DNA from: an uncultured virus (IMG/VR IMGVR_UViG_3300027976_000026)
Lineage: Duplodnaviria > Heunggongvirae > Uroviricota > Caudoviricetes > Straboviridae
Length of the DNA: 64,000 bases
Virus record (IMG/VR): IMGVR_UViG_3300027976_000026
Strand: one strand, 5' to 3'
Positions 57,228 through 64,000 of this stretch are shown here, piece by piece (within the stretch, counting starts at the first letter, position 1; every line of letters begins with the position of its first letter). The notes beneath the pieces are model-generated. The model did no database searches and had not been told where the DNA came from. It saw only the letters and a list, made by a program, of their open reading frames with translations. Position numbers and translations under genes: made by a program.

Positions 57228-59488
57228 TGACGGCTACTGGTGGTATTGTTTGTGGTTCTTCTGCAATTGTTGAAATCAGAAGCAACAGAACTGCTACTGG
57301 CGGAAGCATTGTTGGCACAACAAAATTCGATGCACTAAGCCAGACTACTAGAAATTGGTATGGCATGACTACCGCTCGAAACGGCAATGTTTATGCTGGT
57401 GTCAATGGCGGTGACATCTATATGCAGACTGGCGGAGTAGGCAACTTCGTTGCACTAAGCCAGACTTCGAGAGATTGGTATGGCATGACTACCTCTCGAA
57501 ACGGCAATGTTTACGCTTGTGTCCATGGCGGCAATATCTTTATGCAGACTGGTGGAGTAGGGAACTTCGTTACGCTTAGTCAGACTGTTAGAGCTTATCG
57601 TGGCATGACTACCGCTCCAAACGGCAATGTTTATGCTAGTGTCAAAAACAGCGGCATCTTAATGCAGACTGGTGGAGTAGGGAACTTCGTAACGCTTGCC
57701 CAGACTGCGAGAGATTGGTCTGGCATGGCTGCCGCTCCAAACGGTAATGTTTACGCTTGTGTCCATTTCGGTGATATCTATATGCAGACGAATGGAACAG
57801 GGAACTTCGTTGGGCTTGGCCAGACTTCGAGAATTTGGGTTGGAATCACTGCCGCTCCAAACGGCAATGTTTATGCTTGTGTCAGTAACGGCGATATTTA
57901 TATGCAGACTGGCGGAACAGGAAACTTCGTTGCACTAAGCCAGACTGCTAGAGATTGGATTCACATTACTATCGCTCAAAACGGCAATATTTATGCTTGT
58001 GTCTATGGCGGTGATATTTTTATGCAGACGAATTCCGATTCTGCAATCAATAGAATCAGAAGCAGCAACACTGGTACTGGCGGAGTTAGATGCGGATCTT
58101 CAGCAACTGTTAGAATTAGAAGTAACAGAGTTGCTACTGGTGGAGTTTTTGTTATTCCCATAAAATTCGATGCACTAAGCCAGACTTCAAGAGATTGGCG
58201 TGGCATGACTACCGCTCCAAACGGTAATGTTTACGCTTGTGTCTTTGACGGCAGTATCTTTATGCAGACGAATGGAACAGGGAACTTCGTTACGCTTAGT
58301 CAGACTGCTAGGGAGTGGCGTTTCATGACTACCGCCGCCAACGGTAATGTTTATGCTAGTGTCAGTAACGGCAGTATTTTTATGCAGACTGGTGGAGTAG
58401 GGAACTTCGTTACGCTTAGCCAGACTACTAGAAATTGGGCTGGCATGACTGCCACTGTAAACGGCAATGTTTATGCTGCGGTCGCTAACAACAGTATCTT
58501 TATGCAGACTGGTGGAGTAGGGAACTTCGTTACGCTTAGCCAAACTTCGAGGCAGTGGAATGGCATGACTACCGCTCCAAACGGCAATGTTTACGCTAGT
58601 GTTATTGACGGCGACATCTATATGCAGACTGGCGGAGTAGGGAACTTCGTTGCACTAAGCCAGACTACTAGAGCTTGGCGTAGCATGACTACCACTCCAA
58701 ACGGCAATGTTTATGCTTGTGTTTGGAACGGCGACATCTATATGCAGACTGGCGGAGTAGGGAACTTCGTTGCACTAAGCCAGACTACTAGAGGTTGGAT
58801 TGGCATGACTGCCACTGCAAACGGCAATGTTTACGGCGGTGTCCAAAATGCCGATATTTTCATGCAGGCAAATTCCGATTCTGCAATCAATAGAATCGTA
58901 AGTAGCAACACTGGTACTGGCGGAATTGTTTGTGGCGGCATAGCTCTTAATTCAGAAAGAGAATTAGTCCTTGCTGGTGGTGGAATTGTTTGTGGCTCTT
59001 CAGCAATTGTTGGAATTAGAAGTAACAACACGGCTAGTGGCGGAGTTGTTGTTGGCTCTTCAGCAATTGTTGCAATCAGAAGTAACAGAACTGCTAGTGG
59101 TGGAGTTGTTCTTGGCTCTTCTGTCAACACTGCTAATGGTGGAGTTGTTGTTGGTTCTTCTGCAATAATTTCAGGAAGCGGCGCAATTGTTGGAAGCGGT
59201 GGCGTTGTCTGTGGTTCTAACGTTTCAGAAATTAAGATGAACAACAAAGTCTATATTCGAGATCTAATTGCTGGCGACAATGTTTTCTTTTTGCAACACA
59301 CAAAATTGACTGCCGCAGTTGTGCAAGAAGTAATTATTAGTTCTTTAGACATCTTCTATGTCATTAAAAAAGCAAAGACATCAAAATGGACTGTTGGTCA
59401 ATCGATGTCTTTGCTTGTTCACGAATCAAAAGTTATCCCTGCTGACAATCAAGAAAGCTATGTTTTAGCTCAAAAGATTTTCTACTAG
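57227..59488 (+). CDS. putative receptor-binding/adhesin protein with two 6-bladed beta-propellers
   Basis: 12 exact 120-nt (40-aa) repeats WxGMTxAxNGNVYAxVxxGxIxMQTGGxGNFVxLSQTxR in two blocks of six, plus GGxVxGSSA linker repeats. Confidence 0.75.
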   Translation: MTATGGIVCGSSAIVEIRSNRTATGGSIVGTTKFDALSQTTRNWYGMTTARNGNVYAGVNGGDIYMQTGGVGNFVALSQTSRDWYGMTTSRNGNVYACVHGGNIFMQTGGVGNFVTLSQTVRAYRGMTTAPNGNVYASVKNSGILMQTGGVGNFVTLAQTARDWSGMAAAPNGNVYACVHFGDIYMQTNGTGNFVGLGQTSRIWVGITAAPNGNVYACVSNGDIYMQTGGTGNFVALSQTARDWIHITIAQNGNIYACVYGGDIFMQTNSDSAINRIRSSNTGTGGVRCGSSATVRIRSNRVATGGVFVIPIKFDALSQTSRDWRGMTTAPNGNVYACVFDGSIFMQTNGTGNFVTLSQTAREWRFMTTAANGNVYASVSNGSIFMQTGGVGNFVTLSQTTRNWAGMTATVNGNVYAAVANNSIFMQTGGVGNFVTLSQTSRQWNGMTTAPNGNVYASVIDGDIYMQTGGVGNFVALSQTTRAWRSMTTTPNGNVYACVWNGDIYMQTGGVGNFVALSQTTRGWIGMTATANGNVYGGVQNADIFMQANSDSAINRIVSSNTGTGGIVCGGIALNSERELVLAGGGIVCGSSAIVGIRSNNTASGGVVVGSSAIVAIRSNRTASGGVVLGSSVNTANGGVVVGSSAIISGSGAIVGSGGVVCGSNVSEIKMNNKVYIRDLIAGDNVFFLQHTKLTAAVVQEVIISSLDIFYVIKKAKTSKWTVGQSMSLLVHESKVIPADNQESYVLAQKIFY

Positions 59489-59530
59489 GACTATAGAGTT
59501 TCTGATGCTTTTTCCTATATAAGCCGATAA

Positions 59531-59953
59531 TCAGCAATCTTCTGTGGTTTGATATGGACTCAAACTTCTGTCAATCAAATCTTGAGTGCCAGCCAACAGT
59601 GGAGAAGGCAAGTTGTCCCAAGAGAACCATTCCCAACACTGACACTTGTTGGGTTCCATTACTTTTGCTTCTCCAGAGATCCAATTAGCTTTCATAAAAA
59701 CCACAACATAGTGTTTTTTATCTCCATAAACTGTATTGGATATAGTCCATAATTCTGGAATAGTTGTGATTATAGATCCTGCTTCTTCTGCAAGTTCACG
59801 CAGAGCAGCTTCTTCAAATGTTTCTCCAAATTCCAAATGACCACCGGGGAAAGCCCAAGAATCATGAAAGCTTCCGCCTTTACGTTTGTGAAAAAGAATT
59901 TTTCCATCTCTTATTATGCACAAACATACTCCAACTTTTGGTTTTTTAGTCAT
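59531..59953 (-). CDS. Nudix hydrolase (NUDT15-like)
   Basis: PGGHLEFGETFEEAALRELAEEAG; EPNKC..WEWF.W. Confidence 0.93.
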   Translation of the reverse strand: MTKKPKVGVCLCIIRDGKILFHKRKGGSFHDSWAFPGGHLEFGETFEEAALRELAEEAGSIITTIPELWTISNTVYGDKKHYVVVFMKANWISGEAKVMEPNKCQCWEWFSWDNLPSPLLAGTQDLIDRSLSPYQTTEDC

Positions 59954-60387
59954 TTATTTTCTTCTTGAATTTTTAGATTGCCGATTGTGCAATGAAAATA
60001 CTTTTTGAATCCCTTTGGAGGCAAAGTGTACTTACTGTGAAATGGCAAGCCTAGTTCTTGACGAATGTCTTCCAGTCTTTTGCAGAAAACATCGATCCAG
60101 TAGTAAACTTCGCCATGATCAATATAGGGGCTGTAAATAAAATTTACAGCTTCGCCATCGTATTTCCACCAATGTTCCTTGTGAACAGGGGTTTCTTTTT
60201 CTTGTCGAACAACCGTGACATGTGCAGACCAGCGAGGACGTTGACACGGCATCCACTTTGGAATCAAGCTGCGGTAGTAATCCGCTAAATCTTGTTCCAC
60301 TCGTAGAACCAATCTCCAGTCCTTACTGTATTGCAAAGTTCCAGTTGATTGAAAGAAATCAGTCATTTGAGTTAAATGACTCCTCAT
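59950..60387 (-). CDS. 2H phosphoesterase family protein
   Basis: AHVTVV and FHCTIG. Confidence 0.7.
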   Translation of the reverse strand: MRSHLTQMTDFFQSTGTLQYSKDWRLVLRVEQDLADYYRSLIPKWMPCQRPRWSAHVTVVRQEKETPVHKEHWWKYDGEAVNFIYSPYIDHGEVYYWIDVFCKRLEDIRQELGLPFHSKYTLPPKGFKKYFHCTIGNLKIQEENK

Positions 60388-60826
60388 CTTCTATTCTAAA
60401 TTCTTCGCAAACACGTTCAGCCTCTTTTGCAATCTTTGAATCCATTAGAGCACAGATGGCGTAATTTGCTAAATTACGTTTAATATCATTTGTTTCTTCA
60501 ATGGTCCATGCCCAAGTATGGGACAAAATTGATTCAATCATCGTGTCTCTCCGTTCATAATCATAAATACAATATCTAACATGTAGTATTGCTACAAGGA
60601 TATTGTATGAATAAAGATTGGTTTGTCAATAAGGTGTTGAACTTCAAAACTTGGTTATTTGGACTTGGAGTCGGCGGATTTGGCATAGCACTGTGGTGGA
60701 TCATAAAGATTTTGATCTGTGCTTTCAGTGGAATTTGCTTGCTTCCTTAGACTTAAATCGTACTTTTAATCATTATCTATGTCAATCTGAATTTCAGTTC
60801 TAAACTGAGGATGATAACTACAGATT

Positions 60827-61093
60827 ATGATGAACTTTTATCAATTCTGGGACAAGCTCAATGGAAAACCTTACGAAGACGGTGTTCCAGCACCAGTTTC
60901 TTACGATATTCCACAAATTGGATCTGAAAGCAGCTATGAATTGAAGCCTTTGACTCCAGACGACATGAGTCAGGCTTCTGCTGAAGAAGTTGCTGCAAAT
61001 TACGTAAAATTACACAAAGGAAAGAACCCTTGTGCATTAGGAAAACAAATGACTGATGATGATCTCAAGAAGTTTTATGGTCAAACTTGGTAA
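60827..61093 (+). CDS. small protein, candidate internal head protein
   Basis: MNFYQFWD leader. Confidence 0.55.
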   Translation: MMNFYQFWDKLNGKPYEDGVPAPVSYDIPQIGSESSYELKPLTPDDMSQASAEEVAANYVKLHKGKNPCALGKQMTDDDLKKFYGQTW

Positions 61094-61998
61094 AGTGACC
61101 TATAGAGCTTTTTGTATGATTTAGAATCTTCGTAACTTCCTCTAGTTCGATGATACAAAATATCTTCACATCCTAGGTTTTCTGTCAATCCAAAATTTGT
61201 TTTGTATTTAGAAGTGTTGTAATTCAATGGGTATACTAGGTCTGTAAACCCTCTGTTGTTCATAAAGAAATCTTTTGAATCATATGATTTGCTTTTTTCC
61301 AAGTCTTTTGGATCAATGTAAAATGAGATCCAATTTCCTTTTCTTTGTTCATTCCAAAGCCATACGTTGCAGCCAGCGTCAAATATTCCAGAGGGATTTG
61401 GAAATGATTTTCGATGCTCTGGCAGATGTCCGGGAATTAACCAGCAATCTCCAACTGAAAAAACAAACTCACTGGGATCGGATTCCAACATAGAAGTCTG
61501 AGCTTGAAATCCTCCAAGCCAATTCGGTTCTGGAAGATTAATTCTTTTCGTCATGCAATTTATGATACAAGGGCAATATTTGTATGATTGCCCTTCTGCA
61601 TTAAAATGACTGATGCCGATTAAGTTCAAATCATATCTGTTGATCAAATCAAGATATGTTTGATCAACAGACGACAACAAGAATATGTCTGGGTCACTCA
61701 TCCAGACATATTCTTGTTGTGCATATCCTATCGCTTGATAGAGTCCCATCGCATGATCGCAAATCATCTTCTGCCAATTGATTTCTCGTGGGCAAGGCGG
61801 ATCAAATTGCTTCATTCCATAAAGGCGAAAATCAATTCCGAATTTAGACCATGATCTTACGACTCTATTTCTTTTGAGGTCTGTTTTAACAAGAATGACT
61901 TCTTTGACATGCTTTGTGTGTCTGCACAAAGTGTCGGTCAATATTTCTAAATAATCTTCGAGATTTTTACTGATGACAGCAGAGCAGAAACTGATCAT
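61081..61998 (-). CDS. GT-A fold glycosyltransferase-like protein
   Basis: HAMGLYQAI, YVWMSDPDIF (DxD), FDAG, YHRTRGS. Confidence 0.6.
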   Translation of the reverse strand: MISFCSAVISKNLEDYLEILTDTLCRHTKHVKEVILVKTDLKRNRVVRSWSKFGIDFRLYGMKQFDPPCPREINWQKMICDHAMGLYQAIGYAQQEYVWMSDPDIFLLSSVDQTYLDLINRYDLNLIGISHFNAEGQSYKYCPCIINCMTKRINLPEPNWLGGFQAQTSMLESDPSEFVFSVGDCWLIPGHLPEHRKSFPNPSGIFDAGCNVWLWNEQRKGNWISFYIDPKDLEKSKSYDSKDFFMNNRGFTDLVYPLNYNTSKYKTNFGLTENLGCEDILYHRTRGSYEDSKSYKKLYRSLYQV

Positions 61999-62020
61999 CT
62001 GATAAAAGAGTCAGATGAAA

Positions 62021-62506
62021 CTATTCTGACAATACCATATCGTAATTTTCAAAATCAGATAAAAACACTTCTGAAGCGTTAAAGATTGAAATTTCTCCAA
62101 ATCGATCAAAATCTGAAATTGCTTCTACTATTTGCAAATAGGGATATTTGCGATCTATGACTTTGTAAACAAGAGGCAAATCATCATCGTCAGGTTCAAT
62201 AATCTCAATGTCAAGATCATTTCCTAAATGAAATTCATCAATTCCAATCAGATTGTTTTTAATTATCGAATTTGACTTTCCATATTCTTCGTCGCATCTT
62301 TTCCAAAATTCAAAAGATGCTTGCTCTTCTTCATTCATTTTCATGAACGGATTTTTTTCAGGTCCATTGTTGTAATTGAAAAACGGCTCTAACAATGGAA
62401 GATCTTCTTCTTTCCAAATAGACTTGTTTTTATCAAGAAATTCTTTTAGATAGAGAAAGAATTTCAACTGATCTTCAGAAGATCTGATTAATTTTTTAAT
62501 TTTCAT
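62021..62506 (-). CDS. hypothetical protein
   Basis: ORF in a minus-strand run; start uncertain. Confidence 0.55.
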   Translation of the reverse strand: MKIKKLIRSSEDQLKFFLYLKEFLDKNKSIWKEEDLPLLEPFFNYNNGPEKNPFMKMNEEEQASFEFWKRCDEEYGKSNSIIKNNLIGIDEFHLGNDLDIEIIEPDDDDLPLVYKVIDRKYPYLQIVEAISDFDRFGEISIFNASEVFLSDFENYDMVLSE

Positions 62507-62528
62507 GAGTTTTGGATTGAGAAAGGAT

Positions 62529-62921
62529 TCAAGGAGCAAGACGATTCATTGTAGCTGGATCTAATCCAGAACGCAACCAATGCTCTTTGCATCTGCGAAT
62601 ATCAGCGTCAATATCGTAGTCAGTTCCATTGATCTTTGCATTTACTGCGTTAGCGATTAACATTCCTGTGTCATCGGCATGACACAATCCAAATCTGTTT
62701 ACCATGTGTTGGTGAAGAGGCGTTTCTTTTTTCCATAAACCAAGTCCATTTCTGATTGACATTCCAGCGTTAAAATGGAACTTCGGATCATTAATTGAAT
62801 TTGGATTAATTGTTGCTGCAACAAAATCTACTGCTTCTTCAAAAGTTGTTGGAGTTTGAAATTTTGGCTTCCGTCTCCAACTGAAAAGTTTTTTTATGAA
62901 AGAAAGGTTGAATATGATCAC
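62529..62921 (-). CDS. DUF6794-like protein
   Basis: PTTFEEAV, HFNAGMSIRNGLGLW, HADD. Confidence 0.6.
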   Translation of the reverse strand: MIIFNLSFIKKLFSWRRKPKFQTPTTFEEAVDFVAATINPNSINDPKFHFNAGMSIRNGLGLWKKETPLHQHMVNRFGLCHADDTGMLIANAVNAKINGTDYDIDADIRRCKEHWLRSGLDPATMNRLAP

Positions 62922-63205
62922 TGTGTTTTCTCCTGTTCGTAAACATAGAGTGTAAATTTGATCAATCCATCAAGTTCTTCAAATGAAACTTCTGTTCCAG
63001 CTTCCGCCAATTGTTGTCTAAGAAACTGCTTTTCTGATTTGTTGAGATTGCTGAGTTTTTCAAATTGTTCTGGATTGTCACGAGATTGTTGGTTTATTTG
63101 GAATCGAAAGTTTTCAATGTATTTCAAGAGGATGGAAGCACGTTTTGGAGTGATTTCATAACCTTCTTCAGCCATCATTTTTCTAAAATCTAACACATAA
63201 TCCAT
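62918..63205 (-). CDS. hypothetical protein
   Basis: AGGAG RBS. Confidence 0.65.
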   Translation of the reverse strand: MDYVLDFRKMMAEEGYEITPKRASILLKYIENFRFQINQQSRDNPEQFEKLSNLNKSEKQFLRQQLAEAGTEVSFEELDGLIKFTLYVYEQEKTQ

Positions 63206-63287
63206 GATATTTCTCCTTAACCAGCAGAATACTTTAAGAAAATCAAATTGTCAACATGAATTTTTAGAATCAAAAGAGGCATGAGCT

Positions 63288-63692
63288 TCAATCTTCTGTA
63301 AATACTCGTAGCTTAGTAGGATAAATGCGTCCTTGTTCACTGTCATAAGCTTCAATCCTGCCGCATTCAATGCCAATTTTTTTTAAAGTTTCTGGCAGTT
63401 CTTTGATTTCTCCCATAATCGTCAAAGCTGGCCAATCATCTTTTCTTTGGGACTCAAGACGTTTTATGATATTTTCCAAAGCTTTTTGAGCAGATTCATC
63501 ACATTTTTGCGAAGCCCAATTGCTGGCCCAAATCGTTAAAACTCTTAAACAATGCCAATTTACTTCAACTTTCGTGTCTTGTGAAATTGCCATGGGCAAT
63601 CCTGTTGTTTTACAAGATGGACAACATTCTGCATTCTCAATTTCTTCGTCCGAGAATTCAGCCGAACATGTTACACAGCGGGTTGTTTTCAT
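63288..63692 (-). CDS. Zn-ribbon protein
   Basis: CVTC...CPSC. Confidence 0.65.
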   Translation of the reverse strand: MKTTRCVTCSAEFSDEEIENAECCPSCKTTGLPMAISQDTKVEVNWHCLRVLTIWASNWASQKCDESAQKALENIIKRLESQRKDDWPALTIMGEIKELPETLKKIGIECGRIEAYDSEQGRIYPTKLRVFTED

Positions 63693-63779
63693 ATCACAAT
63701 AGAGTAAGAAATAATTAAAGCTGTTTGGTTTTTTTGACGAAGATCTTAGTAGTCCATTTACTTACAGAAGGAAATAAAC

Positions 63780-64000
63780 ATGGCTACTACAACAAAAAAG
63801 ACAAAAAAGCAATCAGAAAAGGTTCTTGATATGGTTTCCATATTAAAGCCACAAACTGTCATTGAAGAAATCGGTGCTCTTCAAAACACTTTGCAAGGAA
63901 CATTAGCCGGGCTAAGTGCTCAGATCAGCATCAAATTGGAACAAATGAAGAATGTGGAAGATGCAATCGTTATTAAGCAAAATGAACTTAACGAATTATA
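63780..64000 (+). CDS. 3'-partial coiled-coil protein
   Basis: MATTTKKTKK...IKQNELNEL, open to the window end. Confidence 0.65.
   Translation, partial: MATTTKKTKKQSEKVLDMVSILKPQTVIEEIGALQNTLQGTLAGLSAQISIKLEQMKNVEDAIVIKQNELNEL

Noticed and set aside
57227..59488. A complete diversity-generating retroelement
   Set aside because: No reverse transcriptase or non-coding template repeat seen here; kept only as a hypothesis.
1..64000. Alternative genetic code, and tRNA/rRNA genes
   Set aside because: Core genes are full-length in code 11 with TAG, TGA and TAA all used as stops; no tRNA or rRNA was recognised by eye (tRNAscan not run).

Overview
This 64-kb window is part of a large (jumbo-type) T4-like dsDNA phage genome read in the standard genetic code. 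The head module is clear: gp17-like terminase (18616-20487), gp20-like portal with two inteins (30955-34737), gp21-like prohead protease, gp22-like scaffold and gp23-like major capsid protein (40095-41531). It also encodes a primase, a Cas4/AddB-like nuclease, an actin-fold ATPase, a GlpX fructose-1,6-bisphosphatase, ferritin-like, Nudix and 2H-phosphoesterase enzymes, several glycosyltransferase-like genes, a sulfotransferase-like gene, five protease genes from unrelated clans, and free-standing homing endonucleases. The best candidate for an undescribed system is a minus-strand operon at 42875-48316: methyltransferase-fold protein, SF2 helicase, two paralogous 7-repeat proteins with a hypervariable helix, and a single-repeat mini-protein missing from the ORF track. 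A helicase-associated-like domain appears split between the helicase C-terminus and the N-termini of both repeat proteins. Other leads are a mini-protein resembling the Gol region of the capsid protein, at least 11 proteins with T4-like capsid-targeting N-termini, a C-terminal tag shared by two unrelated exported proteases, a double beta-propeller whose variable codons keep a fixed third base, and a TATATA promoter-like motif. All calls come from reading motifs by eye; no database search was run.
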